DNA from: Fidelibacterota bacterium
GTDB lineage: Bacteria; Fidelibacterota; UBA2242
Assembly: GCA_049975265.1 (NCBI GenBank)
Contig: JBNGDF010000020.1
Coordinates: 1-42,075, forward strand
Reading direction: 5' to 3'
DNA: 42,075 bases
Program-made: the position numbers and the translations under genes
In this document: piece after piece, positions 1 through 9,923 of the stretch
How the letters are laid out: every line of letters starts with the position of its first letter
Numbering within the stretch: the stretch's first letter is position 1
The notes under the pieces: generated by a model
What the model was told of the DNA's origin: nothing
The model's input: only the letters and a program-made list of their open reading frames with translations
The model's database searches: none

Positions 1-358
1 TCGTTGAAATATTCTCCGTCCTTCTCAGATAGACTACTTCGCAGTATTCCTTCAGAAAATCAAATTTTCCTTTCCAGTCATCCCCCATGACAAAAACATC
101 AACCCTGTGTTTTTTTACATCATCAATTTTCTGTTCCCAGCGTGTCTCCGGGATGACTTTATCCACATATTTGATCGCGGCGACAATTTTCGCCCGATGC
201 TCATAGGGATAGGTACACTTTTTTCCTTTGACGGCATTGAATTCATCTGTGGAAACCGCCACAATCAGATAGTCGCCCAGTGCTTTCGCCCGCTCCAGCA
301 GACGCAAATGTCCGTAGTGAAACAGATCAAAGGTTCCGTATGTCAGCACTTTTTTCAT
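1..358 (-). CDS. tagD: Glycerol-3-phosphate cytidylyltransferase (3' end runs off the window)
   Basis: Absent from the ORF track; translated by hand on the minus strand from ATG at 358: MKKVLTYGTFDLFHYGHLRLLERAKALGDYLIVAVSTDEFN...VDVFVMGDDWKGKFDFLKEYCEVVYLRRTENIST. Contains the HxGH and RTxxIST motifs. Confidence 0.9.
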   Translation of the reverse strand, partial: MKKVLTYGTFDLFHYGHLRLLERAKALGDYLIVAVSTDEFNAVKGKKCTYPYEHRAKIVAAIKYVDKVIPETRWEQKIDDVKKHRVDVFVMGDDWKGKFDFLKEYCEVVYLRRTENIST

Positions 359-466
359 GTTGCTTGCTCTCCGGCTTTCCCGATTATTCGTTGAATACTA
401 TCTTCCAAATCCCGTTGTAACTGATAAAAATCACCGATAATTTAAAAAACAGACTGAGATTTTGAA

Positions 467-1036
467 TCATAGATTGTGATAATATTCGATTATGCCGGGC
501 AATATCTTCGTAAAATTCAAAAACACATGCCCGCCGGCGGGATGAATCACCAGTTTCGCCGGAGTATTCCGAAAATAATCTTCAGCGATCCGGTAATCCA
601 AAATTTCATCATCCCGATTCAGATGGACAGTGAGATTATCGGTTTTGAGATTCTCCGGAGGATAATATAGCCGCATCAGTTGCTCCAGTACTTCGGCATC
701 TTCCTCCGAATGCAGCGACCGCTGAAATTCTTTATCAGATTCCATTCTTCTTTTTACATCATGCATCGGTTGAATAGTCGGATTGAGTAAAATCGCCGGA
801 ATATTCAGAGCGGCATTTAGATGCAGCGCATAAAAACCGCCGAGGCTGCTCCCGATCAGGAGACATTTTTTCCGATCCGGCAATGTTTCAACATAATCAG
901 TCACCCGCCGCAGCGCCTTCTCCGGCTCCCGGGGCAAGTCCGGCGAAAATAGCGGCACTTCTGGGTAAAGGCGGCGGATCAGGCGCGCCTTGAACGCATT
1001 TCCATTACTACCGAATCCATGCAGATAAATAATCAC
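467..1036 (-). CDS. YqiA/YcfP-family (UPF0227) alpha/beta hydrolase esterase
   Basis: IIYLHGFGS, GSSLGG nucleophile elbow, DEILDY, GGH. Probable GTG start at 1036 with GGGAG upstream. Confidence 0.85.
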   Translation of the reverse strand: MIIYLHGFGSNGNAFKARLIRRLYPEVPLFSPDLPREPEKALRRVTDYVETLPDRKKCLLIGSSLGGFYALHLNAALNIPAILLNPTIQPMHDVKRRMESDKEFQRSLHSEEDAEVLEQLMRLYYPPENLKTDNLTVHLNRDDEILDYRIAEDYFRNTPAKLVIHPAGGHVFLNFTKILPGIIEYYHNL

Positions 1037-1142
1037 CTGGAATCTCCCATCTGATGGAAATTTACCCCGAAATAGGCACAGTCCCAAAATTAAATCGATA
1101 AGCGGTTGCAAAAATGAACACATGCTCTTACTTTATAACAAG

Positions 1143-1886
1143 ATGAAGCGTAAATGGGGTAACACATTCCGTAACATTTTGTATCCGGTGCTGCTGTTGA
1201 CGCCGCTTACCGTGGCTTCCTGTCGACCCACCGCAGATACAGAAACCCACTGGAAAAAACAGCGGGAAATCATGGTGGAGACTCAGATTGAAGCCCGGGG
1301 AATTCGGAATGCAAATGTTCTGAAAGCCCTCCGCACAGTTCCCCGGCACCGCTTTGTGCCGGAAAAATACCGGCGCTATGCCTATGCCGATTCACCGCTG
1401 CCAATTGGCGCTGACCAGACCATTTCCCAGCCCTATATCGTCGCGTTAATGACCGAATTAGCGGCTTTGAAGAAATCCGCCAAAGTCCTGGAAATCGGGA
1501 CCGGCTCGGGGTATCAGGCGGCGGTCCTGGCGGAAATTTGCGATTCTGTTTTCACGGTCGAAATCAATGCCACCCTATCTCAAACGGCACAGAGGGTAAC
1601 TGCTGAGCTGGGTTACCGCAATATCTGTTTTCGAATCGGTGACGGCTATGCCGGCTGGGCGGAACATGCACCTTACGATGCAATAATTATTACCTGCGCT
1701 CCGTCGGAATTACCGGAAACGCTGGTATTCCAATTGTGTGATGGTGGCACAATTGTCGTCCCCCTGGGGCAGACTTACGAGCAAAATCTGTATGTCTATA
1801 AAAAAGCAGGCAACAATATTCTGGTAGACCGCATTATTCCTGTCCGGTTCGTGCCTATGATCGATTCTACCGGTAGTCTCTATTGA
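1143..1886 (+). CDS. pcm: Protein-L-isoaspartate(D-aspartate) O-methyltransferase with an N-terminal signal/lipobox-like extension
   Basis: VPRHRFVP, QTISQPYIVA, VLEIGTGSGYQAA, GDGYAGW, YDAII, VRFVPM. Confidence 0.93.
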   Translation: MKRKWGNTFRNILYPVLLLTPLTVASCRPTADTETHWKKQREIMVETQIEARGIRNANVLKALRTVPRHRFVPEKYRRYAYADSPLPIGADQTISQPYIVALMTELAALKKSAKVLEIGTGSGYQAAVLAEICDSVFTVEINATLSQTAQRVTAELGYRNICFRIGDGYAGWAEHAPYDAIIITCAPSELPETLVFQLCDGGTIVVPLGQTYEQNLYVYKKAGNNILVDRIIPVRFVPMIDSTGSLY

Positions 1887-1991
1887 TTGACAAATTATTT
1901 CTTGCCGATTCCAAATATTTTAATTAGTCTTAGCCATAGGAATGCGAAATGCTGACTACGAAATGTAAATCCGTAACAAAAATATAGAATA

Positions 1992-2615
1992 ATGGTGATG
2001 CAATTGCCGACTCCGCCAAAATATCTGCCACTTTCGATACTGTTGAGTGTTCTATGCATAGCTGTGATGTGTTCGAAGTCCCGTCCCGAAAGCAAACAAA
2101 CGACGACTGAAAAGACGGATACGATCACGACTATTCCGGAAAAATTTATACCGGAGAGCAGCGGTACCAACCGGACGATTCAGCAAATGTGGAACGATTT
2201 CTATGCCGCTAAGGATTCGGTCGATTCGGCACTTGTGCGCTCGGATTTTCAAACGGTTAAGCACTTTCTGAAAAAAGCCGCTTTTCATGCCGTGGAAGTC
2301 TCGCGCAAAGACATCGCCGCCTGGCAATTAAATAATATCGGGTACTATTCGATCGTGGAATTCAAGCGCAAAACCGACTATGATCAGCGCATGCGCACCA
2401 TTGAAAATATGCGGCGCGGTCCCGAAAAGATCGTCTATATCAAAGAGACCAAAGAGCTCTTTAAAAAACACCTGCCTCTGCTTCTCGAAGCCTCTCAATA
2501 CCTTGAAGACGCCTATGAACTGGATAAAGACTTTAACAACGAGGATCGAACCCAAAAAATCTATAGCAATCTCACCTTTATCGACTGGGTTCGCAATTTC
2601 ACCAATGCACAATAA
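1992..2615 (+). CDS. Hypothetical exported or lipoprotein, helical (TPR-like)
   Basis: Hydrophobic N-terminus ending in a Cys, low-complexity linker, and helical AWQLNNIGY segment. Confidence 0.6.
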   Translation: MVMQLPTPPKYLPLSILLSVLCIAVMCSKSRPESKQTTTEKTDTITTIPEKFIPESSGTNRTIQQMWNDFYAAKDSVDSALVRSDFQTVKHFLKKAAFHAVEVSRKDIAAWQLNNIGYYSIVEFKRKTDYDQRMRTIENMRRGPEKIVYIKETKELFKKHLPLLLEASQYLEDAYELDKDFNNEDRTQKIYSNLTFIDWVRNFTNAQ

Positions 2616-2624
2616 ACGGCACCG

Positions 2625-3134
2625 TTAGCGGGCAATCATCACCAGCATCGCAACGGCACCAAAAATCTTGAGCAACTTCCCCCCAGCCGTTCCTGTAAAA
2701 GCACCAATTCCGGAATGGAGCGCTCCGCTTTGGTCGCCTGTCCGGAGAAAATCAACAAGATAGGCTCCGCAGAAGGCTCCGCCAAAAGCACCCAACAGCG
2801 AACCAAACAGTGGCACGATCCCGGTTCCCAGCACGGCGCCGACAATACTGCCGATAACCGCTCCCACCATCCCCGCCCGCGAGGCTCCGTAATGCCAGCT
2901 GCTCCAGGCGGTGATAATAAACTCAGCCAGTTCCAGCGCAATCGATATTCCCAGAAGAATTCCGATAATGCGCCAATCGATCCCGGGAGCCGAATCAACG
3001 AGTTGAAAAAGAAAATGAAACAGGACAATCAGGAAGGTCCCCGGCAGACTGAAAATAATTGAGACGACCGCAGTAAGCAGCAAAATCCAGTATATTATGG
3101 TCAAAAATATTGTCATTACGCTGCCTATATCCAT
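2625..3134 (-). CDS. DUF456-family membrane protein
   Basis: LPGT motif, YGASRAG and Gly-rich transmembrane helices. Confidence 0.75.
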   Translation of the reverse strand: MDIGSVMTIFLTIIYWILLLTAVVSIIFSLPGTFLIVLFHFLFQLVDSAPGIDWRIIGILLGISIALELAEFIITAWSSWHYGASRAGMVGAVIGSIVGAVLGTGIVPLFGSLLGAFGGAFCGAYLVDFLRTGDQSGALHSGIGAFTGTAGGKLLKIFGAVAMLVMIAR

Positions 3135-3760
3135 TTCAGAATAAAACCAAACAGAATGATTGCCGCCAGATCAACACCGTAGATCAAGCCGACTACTCTG
3201 ATTTTTCGTGAAAGCGATTCCATATCGAACACCCAGAATGAGACCAGAAAGAAATGCAGATAGCCGAACAGGACAATCAGGAACGGAAATTTTGCGCTCC
3301 ACCAGGCATATTCCCATGTCAGAGCATCGGCGGCATTCAACAGGATTTCCACAACGACGCAAAATATCGCAAATCCCACAGCATAAAACAGACGATTCGG
3401 CATTCCGAGAATTTTGACATCCCTGTCCGCCGGCAACAATTTCGCAAAAGTAATTCCGGCAACTGCAAACATGAAACAAATTTCAATATTCAAACCGATC
3501 AGAATCAGATAGGCGGTTTTCCCGGGCGCACCCCAAACCGGCGCATAATTGGTGAAGTGAAAGACCAGCCCGTTCCAGATTTCATTAAACCAGTCCATCC
3601 CCCAAAAAGCCAGTCCCGCCAAGACCAGATTCCAGTTCTTCCGTTCAATTTCCACCGCATAAACATACACGACGAATGCAAACAGCGGTATCACATACCA
3701 CTGAAACAGCGCCGGGTTGCGCAGATTGTCCAACGCCTGGGCAGCAAATTCGGTCGGCAT
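3125..3760 (-). CDS. Hypothetical multi-pass membrane protein
   Basis: About 6-7 hydrophobic segments, DWFNEIWN motif, GAGGGG RBS before MPTE. Confidence 0.7.
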   Translation of the reverse strand: MPTEFAAQALDNLRNPALFQWYVIPLFAFVVYVYAVEIERKNWNLVLAGLAFWGMDWFNEIWNGLVFHFTNYAPVWGAPGKTAYLILIGLNIEICFMFAVAGITFAKLLPADRDVKILGMPNRLFYAVGFAIFCVVVEILLNAADALTWEYAWWSAKFPFLIVLFGYLHFFLVSFWVFDMESLSRKIRVVGLIYGVDLAAIILFGFILKWI

Positions 3761-3808
3761 AGTAATTCCCCTCATCTTTTTTATAAATTTAACCGGTTTG
3801 ACGAAAAA

Positions 3809-4423
3809 CTAAAGATTATTTCCCGGGAATTTGACCGCTTCGATAAAAAAGCGATCGGCTTCATCCAGCGCTTTCCGTACCTGAAACCCGTTGATTTCCA
3901 GCATAACGGTTACCGATTCAAGGGGTTCAATAAGATCAAAGCAGACCGGTACGCCGATTCGGTTGTGCAGAGCATTCACTGCCTGGCGTCCTTCGGGATG
4001 AATGATATAGTAGCGTCCGCCGGGTTTTAAAATCCGGTGAAATTCCTGCAGCGCAATCTGTTTGTATTGCAGGTGAGGATACAGGCAGTAATTCATGACA
4101 ATGTCGACACTGGCGGACCGAATCGGGAGCTGTTCCGCCAGCGATTGAATCACATGCAGAGGTTCCCTGACCTGAGCCTGACAGCGGACAAGCATTTGCT
4201 CGGCAAAATCAATCCCGATAACCAAACCCCGCGGTACAAACGTCTGCAGATATTTCAATAAATGACCGGTTCCGCAGCCGATGTCGAGAATCGTCTCGGC
4301 ACCGTTAAAGCCGATTAATTTGTCCATTCCGGCAATAAATTGAATCTGCTGCTCGGATATAGACCAGTCTCCCGCTTTGTGATTGAAAAAGTCCTGGTGT
4401 CGCCTGTAAATGGATAGATTCAT
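3809..4423 (-). CDS. Class I SAM-dependent methyltransferase
   Basis: ILDIGCGTG, GIDFAEQML, EFHRILKPGG. Confidence 0.88.
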   Translation of the reverse strand: MNLSIYRRHQDFFNHKAGDWSISEQQIQFIAGMDKLIGFNGAETILDIGCGTGHLLKYLQTFVPRGLVIGIDFAEQMLVRCQAQVREPLHVIQSLAEQLPIRSASVDIVMNYCLYPHLQYKQIALQEFHRILKPGGRYYIIHPEGRQAVNALHNRIGVPVCFDLIEPLESVTVMLEINGFQVRKALDEADRFFIEAVKFPGNNL

Positions 4424-4441
4424 CAGTTTCCTGGGGTGTAT

Positions 4442-6340
4442 TTAATATCTGGCAGTGATTCCAAAGGTGAAATTTCTTCCGGGCATGGGAAATCCCGCCA
4501 TGGTTTCATACTGCCGATCCAGCAAATTTTTCACTTCGGCAAAAAGGCTCAGATGTCTCTTCAAATCGTATGTGCCCCGAAAATCCAACAGGAAATAATC
4601 CGGCAAGCGGACCGGATTCACCGTATAATCGTAAGGATTGTCATCGCTGTACAGACCGTCAATGTATTCCACCTGCAGAGTCAGACGCAACGGCTGAAGC
4701 GGTTGATACCGAATTCCGAGATTCATCTTGAGCGCCGGGCTGCCCAGTAAAATCCTGGAATTATCGGCGTATCCGGCTAACCAGTTGATTGCAACGCCAG
4801 GCGGCAGCAGGAGCTGTCCTTCGATTTCGGCGCCCCTAATCTCAGCCGTTCCGCTATTCTGATTAAGCGGTCTGCCCAGAGAAGGTACAAAGGCTGGTGC
4901 GATTAAATTTGTCACTTTTGTGTTATATATCGTCAGTGCCGTATTCAAAAAGCCCCGGTAGCGATTTTCCACAGTCAGTTCAATATTTTGCGAGGTCTCC
5001 GGCAACAGCTCTTCATTGGCGGGATTGAACAGATAAAGGTCTTTGATCGTGGGATTGCGGTAACCTTCGGCGTACTGGAACTTTACCGTCCAGCGGCGGG
5101 GCAGCAGCCAGGAGAATCCAGCCGCTGGAATCCACTGCTCTCCGGCGGTTGTATGCGTGGTATAGCGCAAACCGCCGTTCATGAAAAGGGACTTCAGCAA
5201 TTGATGCTGTACATTGATCAGTCCGCCGATTTCTTTTACATTGTTGCGGTAAATCGTACTGCTGTCAGCGGTTTCCAAAATAGTAGCTTCACCACCGTAT
5301 TTCCGAAAATCAAAACCGGCTGTCAGACGGCTCTTGTCGGCATAACGCCAGGTTTCATTCAGAACCAATCCAAGTGTGTAGTCCAAGGATGTATAATTAA
5401 CTGTATCCGCCGAAAATTTATCGCTGTCGTGAATCGTGTGATCACCGGCATTGTAATGCACCTTCAGTTCGGACTCCAGCGGGCTACCAGCATGGTTAAA
5501 CGTAAAATCACCGCCATATCGCAGAATGTCATACCAATGGTCACTGATCGGTGCATGAATCTGTCCCGGATCGTAAACCAGATAATCGGAGAAGTAGCTG
5601 TTCAGGGTTATTTCCGCTGCAGGACTCAGGAAATAGCGGGCTTCGAGATTACCGTTTTTCGAGATATAATCATCACACCCTTCTGTACGATAGCCATCAC
5701 TGCTGCGGTAGCCGGTCGACAGTGAACCATTCCATTTATCGGCACCGTAGCTCTGATGTAACGTGACCTGACCGGTATTGAAGCTGCCGTAACGTAGCGG
5801 CAGATGAACATGATACCCCTTTTCATGTTCATGATCAGTGATAATGTTAATTGCGCCTCCCATGGCGTTGGATCCATAAAGCAGTGATGCCGGACCACGC
5901 ATCACCTCAATCTCTTTGACATCATAAAACAGATAGGCGTCACTCAGCGGATGACCAAAGACCCCCATTATGTCCGGTCGCCCGTCAATCAGCACCAGAA
6001 CACCGGTGGTCGGATTACCGCCGACACCGCGGATGGAAATACCACCGGCGGCACCGCTGGCAACTCCATAGCCGATATTTGTTCGTCTCGTAACAAAAAG
6101 TCCCGGCACATTCTCGGAAATCAGGTCCAGCAGAGGAACATGCGCCTGCTCTTCAATTACCCGTTCCGAAATCTGGGAAATATTGAACGGCAATTCCCGT
6201 AGCGGCATCTCCACCCGTGTCCCGGTTACCACCACCGGATCGAAGGGAAAAACCTTCAGGGTGTCCTTAAATACCGGCTGACTGGCATTGGTGGCGATCG
6301 ATAAAATCAATATCAATAAATAGTGTTGTCCTTTGATCAT
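4442..6340 (-). CDS. TonB-dependent receptor (BtuB/CirA-like, possibly for nickel)
   Basis: Signal peptide, VVVTGTR TonB-box region, plug motifs LVLIDGRP and IEVMRGPASLLYGSNAMGGAINIIT, NLLDRQY, C-terminal GRNFTFGITARY. Confidence 0.93.
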   Translation of the reverse strand: MIKGQHYLLILILSIATNASQPVFKDTLKVFPFDPVVVTGTRVEMPLRELPFNISQISERVIEEQAHVPLLDLISENVPGLFVTRRTNIGYGVASGAAGGISIRGVGGNPTTGVLVLIDGRPDIMGVFGHPLSDAYLFYDVKEIEVMRGPASLLYGSNAMGGAINIITDHEHEKGYHVHLPLRYGSFNTGQVTLHQSYGADKWNGSLSTGYRSSDGYRTEGCDDYISKNGNLEARYFLSPAAEITLNSYFSDYLVYDPGQIHAPISDHWYDILRYGGDFTFNHAGSPLESELKVHYNAGDHTIHDSDKFSADTVNYTSLDYTLGLVLNETWRYADKSRLTAGFDFRKYGGEATILETADSSTIYRNNVKEIGGLINVQHQLLKSLFMNGGLRYTTHTTAGEQWIPAAGFSWLLPRRWTVKFQYAEGYRNPTIKDLYLFNPANEELLPETSQNIELTVENRYRGFLNTALTIYNTKVTNLIAPAFVPSLGRPLNQNSGTAEIRGAEIEGQLLLPPGVAINWLAGYADNSRILLGSPALKMNLGIRYQPLQPLRLTLQVEYIDGLYSDDNPYDYTVNPVRLPDYFLLDFRGTYDLKRHLSLFAEVKNLLDRQYETMAGFPMPGRNFTFGITARY

Positions 6341-6353
6341 TATCAGACCCCTT

Positions 6354-6776
6354 CTATACTCCGGAGAGATTTTTACCGGTGGATGTAAAACTAAGATCAC
6401 CGTGTTTCACGCCCCGTGCGCCGATCAGTTGATCCGACAGCTGCCGAATCTCCTTGTAGCGCCCCTTTAAAATAATCACCTCAAGACAGTTATGATGATC
6501 CAGATGAATGTGCGTACTGGATAAAATACTGGTGTAGTGTTCATGCTGTATATCGTTTAGTTTATCGGAAAGATGGGGAACATGATGATCGTACACCAGA
6601 TTCAGGACACCCACCATCGGGGCGTTTTTGTCGATATCTCTCTCCACCAGATAGTTGCGGATCATATCCCGAAAGGCTTCCGAACGGTTCCTGTAACCCC
6701 TGTGGGCAATTGCGGCATCGAAGCGTTTCAGAAGGTCAGCGGGAACCGATACCCCAAATCGTTTTAGTGCAGACAT
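6354..6776 (-). CDS. nikR: Nickel-responsive transcriptional regulator NikR
   Basis: RHH N-terminus RFGVSV...NRSEAFRD, YDHH, QHEH and the THIHLDHHNCLEV nickel site. Confidence 0.95.
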   Translation of the reverse strand: MSALKRFGVSVPADLLKRFDAAIAHRGYRNRSEAFRDMIRNYLVERDIDKNAPMVGVLNLVYDHHVPHLSDKLNDIQHEHYTSILSSTHIHLDHHNCLEVIILKGRYKEIRQLSDQLIGARGVKHGDLSFTSTGKNLSGV

Positions 6777-6789
6777 TTGCAGACTCCTT

Positions 6790-6816
6790 GTAGCACGTTA
6801 TTATTTTTCGTGTTAT
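6790..6816. promoter_or_regulatory. Putative NikR operator upstream of nikR
   Basis: GTAGCAC-N13-GTGTTAT imperfect inverted repeat with an AT-rich spacer. Equivalent to TAGCA-N15-TGTTA, one mismatch from the H. pylori TRWYA-N15-TRWYA consensus. Adjacent to the AAGGAG RBS and overlapping a TATAAC -10-like hexamer. Confidence 0.7.
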
Positions 6817-6835
6817 ATACAATTTAAAAAAATAT

Positions 6836-8194
6836 TCACGATTGTCCAGGACTTTTTAACGGAATTTCCACCGTGAAGGTACTGCCCTTCCCCAGCTCGC
6901 TTTCCACATAAATCTTGCCATTATACTGCTCCACGATCTGTTTGATGAGGGACAGTCCTAAGCCGGTGCCGAGACGTTCCATTTCGCGGGCGTTTTTACT
7001 TCGGTAAAATTCATCGAATATTTTCGGAAAATCCGATTCGGCAATGCCGATTCCGGTATCACTGACAGCAAAGCCGAATCTGGAGCGCTTGACAAACGGG
7101 GTAATCCGCACGGACGCCCCTTCGGGACTATACCGAATAGCGTTGTTGGTCAGATTGATCAATACCTTTTCCAGCGCCCGTCCGTCAAACTCAATGGTCG
7201 GGTTGGAATCGATTTTATCCACCTGAATCACGATCGCTTTGCGTTTGGCGTAATCCCGCAGCTGGTTGACAATTTTTTCCACCCAGCTGTTCAGGTGGAT
7301 TTTTTCAATCACTGCATCAGTGGCACCATGCCGATAGTGGGTCACATCGATCATGTCTTTGACCATATCCAGAACCTGATCGGTTCTGACCACCGCCCGC
7401 CGGATCATTCCGGCAATTTCAACATCCATTTTCGGGGTATAAACCTCTTCGATGACTGCCAGCATACTGCGCAGCGTTGTCAAGGGTGATTTGAGTTCAT
7501 GTGCCGTAAACCGGAAAATCTTATCCCGCTCTTTGATCGTATTTTCCAACTGAGCACTTTTTTCGTCAATAAGCTTTTTCAATTGGCGATAACCGGAAAT
7601 AAAATCCTTGATGACATAGGTAGCTGCGAATACCAGAACATAAAATGCGCACAACGACGTAATTAACACCGATAACCGGACCGGTTCGGCGCGGATTGTG
7701 TAGTTTTGTACAATTCCTTTATACTCAAGTATGCTCCAGAATGTCAGCAACAGCGCCGCAATGACGGCATTGATATAGGGAACATTGCCCAGAAACAGGA
7801 TTCCGGAAATAATTATTATAACAATATATATAAAGAAAAACGGATTGCCGATACCACCGATATAATGCACTGTAAAGGAGATGAGGATCATGTCGATGAT
7901 AACCTGTATCTCCGTAAAAATCAGCTCCTGCCGGAAATTATTGAATGGAAAATAGCGATAGAGAAAAAAATAGACCAGATTCAGACCCACCAGGATTCCG
8001 GCAATGATGTAGAGCTCCGAATAGGCGATCCGAAAATCCAGAATACGCTGACTGATGGGAATTGCCGCCAGCAATCCAAACAGAGCTACCCAGCGCAGAT
8101 TGATAATCCAGCCAATCCGAATCCGCAACGTATCCAGAGTATGGAATGGCAGAATCAGTTTGACCGTTTTATGCTCTTTTCCGTTGATAGCCAT
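6836..8194 (-). CDS. Membrane sensor histidine kinase (HisKA/HATPase)
   Basis: Multiple transmembrane helices, AHELKSPL H-box, NLTNNAIRYS, DTGIGI, GTGLGL, GKGSTF. Confidence 0.92.
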   Translation of the reverse strand: MAINGKEHKTVKLILPFHTLDTLRIRIGWIINLRWVALFGLLAAIPISQRILDFRIAYSELYIIAGILVGLNLVYFFLYRYFPFNNFRQELIFTEIQVIIDMILISFTVHYIGGIGNPFFFIYIVIIIISGILFLGNVPYINAVIAALLLTFWSILEYKGIVQNYTIRAEPVRLSVLITSLCAFYVLVFAATYVIKDFISGYRQLKKLIDEKSAQLENTIKERDKIFRFTAHELKSPLTTLRSMLAVIEEVYTPKMDVEIAGMIRRAVVRTDQVLDMVKDMIDVTHYRHGATDAVIEKIHLNSWVEKIVNQLRDYAKRKAIVIQVDKIDSNPTIEFDGRALEKVLINLTNNAIRYSPEGASVRITPFVKRSRFGFAVSDTGIGIAESDFPKIFDEFYRSKNAREMERLGTGLGLSLIKQIVEQYNGKIYVESELGKGSTFTVEIPLKSPGQS

Positions 8195-8197
8195 AAC

Positions 8198-8659
8198 CTA
8201 TTGAAAAAATGCGTTGATCTCTTTCTGTACCACCGGACTCAGTGACCTCCCCATCTCCATATTTTCAGGCTCAATACCGATATACAGGAATTGTTCAACC
8301 CCTTCATGGCGCAGATACTCTTCGATTAGTTTGATTGAATAGCTATGCGTACTGAATCCTCTGGTTGCGACCACATCCTGCCCAATTTCCCCGATATTGC
8401 CGGGTTTTTCATTCCGGCGGGCGGTATCGAAAAATACAACCAGCTTCGGCTTATGGCGGATAATCGCGGCGAGATGGTTCTCCGGTGTTGTTCCGGCAAA
8501 GATAAAGTGTGCCCCATGTACGATTCTCCGCTGTTCAATCTCTTTCATCAATCTTAATCCGGCACCATCATCCCGCCGGATGGGATTGCCCAATCCGACC
8601 ATCACGATATCGTTATACTGAAAGACAGATATTCTCTCCTGCAACTCCTTAGAATTCAT
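8198..8659 (-). CDS. Hydrogenase maturation protease (HycI-like)
   Basis: GLGNPIRRDDGAG, TPEN, FSTH, IGIEP. Confidence 0.88.
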   Translation of the reverse strand: MNSKELQERISVFQYNDIVMVGLGNPIRRDDGAGLRLMKEIEQRRIVHGAHFIFAGTTPENHLAAIIRHKPKLVVFFDTARRNEKPGNIGEIGQDVVATRGFSTHSYSIKLIEEYLRHEGVEQFLYIGIEPENMEMGRSLSPVVQKEINAFFQ

Positions 8660-9251
8660 CCGCAACAACGGTCTTGTGCCGGCAGACCGGACACATCATT
8701 TTGATAATATCTTCCCGGCGGATACGCTCCTTGACAGAAGATGGGTTCAACTTTGTAAACTGCCGCTGTGTTTCGATCAGCAGGTTCGGATGGGCATAGG
8801 CTTTGGCGCCCAGCCGCTCCCTGACAAACAGCAGATGATCGTGGCAGGCAAAGGCGTTACCGCAGGATTCACAAATCGCCAGCTCCTTTTCTACGGTTTC
8901 ATACACCTCCGGCGCTTTCAGGTTCGGAGTAGAAAGTACATACTCGCTGGATAATTTTATTCCTTTGCCCGTAATACACTTTTCTTCGCACTGACCGCAC
9001 TGGGAACAGGAGCCGTAGTCAAGCACCAGTTTGCGGGTACCGGTTTTGAGGTCGTCGATGATTTCAATTGCATTCGTCGGACATACCTGGGCGCAAGTGC
9101 CACAGCCGACACAATCCTCTTCGTAATATTTTGGATAACCGCGGTACTCTTCAGGTGCGACATAGGGTTTGAACGGGTATTTTGTGGTGTATGCCGGTGA
9201 AAAGAGTGATTTCAGCGCTTCGGCGACTTCGCGTAATTTTGGCAGAAACAT
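8649..9251 (-). CDS. Hydrogenase 4Fe-4S subunit (NuoI/HycF/MbhN-like)
   Basis: CVGCGTCAQVCP and CSQCGQCEEKC, plus extra C-terminal CESC and CPVC pairs. Confidence 0.88.
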   Translation of the reverse strand: MFLPKLREVAEALKSLFSPAYTTKYPFKPYVAPEEYRGYPKYYEEDCVGCGTCAQVCPTNAIEIIDDLKTGTRKLVLDYGSCSQCGQCEEKCITGKGIKLSSEYVLSTPNLKAPEVYETVEKELAICESCGNAFACHDHLLFVRERLGAKAYAHPNLLIETQRQFTKLNPSSVKERIRREDIIKMMCPVCRHKTVVADEF

Positions 9252-9253
9252 GG

Positions 9254-9592
9254 TTAATCCTTCAATTCGTTATCTTCTTGATATTGGTCTACGACGGACT
9301 CTTTCGCCAGCGGAATCTTACTGCGGTGGGCGGCACGTGATATGGCATGGGCGGATACCGGAGATGTCAGAAATATAAAGACGATTCCGATGAGAACCTT
9401 GAATCCGAAATTATTGAATCCCTGAATGATAAATACTCCGAACAGAATACCGGCGGAACCGAAGGTTACGCATTTTGTCGCAGCCTGAAGCCGGTTATAG
9501 ACATCGGGCAAACGGACCAATCCCAGGACACCAAAAAAATCGAACATGATGCCGATCAGTATGAACAACATTCCGATCAATTCTCTATTCAT
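9254..9592 (-). CDS. Mrp/Mnh antiporter subunit G (MbhC-like)
   Basis: RLPDVYNRLQAATK, TSPVSAHAI. Confidence 0.9.
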   Translation of the reverse strand: MNRELIGMLFILIGIMFDFFGVLGLVRLPDVYNRLQAATKCVTFGSAGILFGVFIIQGFNNFGFKVLIGIVFIFLTSPVSAHAISRAAHRSKIPLAKESVVDQYQEDNELKD

Positions 9593-9923
9593 CCAGGTGC
9601 CTCCCTTCCAGAATTTTGGCAAAAGCCAGCGATGCAATAAAACTCAGCAATGCCCAGATCAGGCCGATATCCAGAAAAAAGGATTGATCATATACCAATC
9701 CAAGCAGCGCCAGTAATCCAATAATCAGGATGCCCATAATATCAACGGCGACGATCCGATCTGCCGGCGACGGTCCGAATAAAACCCGATACAGCACAAA
9801 CAGTACGCAAAACAGGATTACATTTATCAATTTATAGAGAATCTCTCCGGAATAAATGAAAAAGTTGCCGTATAGAAACATCCCGATAATAAGCAAGCCT
9901 ATAAACCAGCGTAAATGTCTCAT
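9585..9923 (-). CDS. Mrp/Mnh antiporter subunit F (MbhB-like)
   Basis: GPSPADRIVAVD, ALLSFIASLAFAK. Confidence 0.9.
   Translation of the reverse strand: MRHLRWFIGLLIIGMFLYGNFFIYSGEILYKLINVILFCVLFVLYRVLFGPSPADRIVAVDIMGILIIGLLALLGLVYDQSFFLDIGLIWALLSFIASLAFAKILEGRHLDE

Noticed and set aside
107..394. 95-aa plus-strand ORF
   Set aside because: Antisense shadow of the tagD-like gene, which the ORF track missed because it runs off the window edge.
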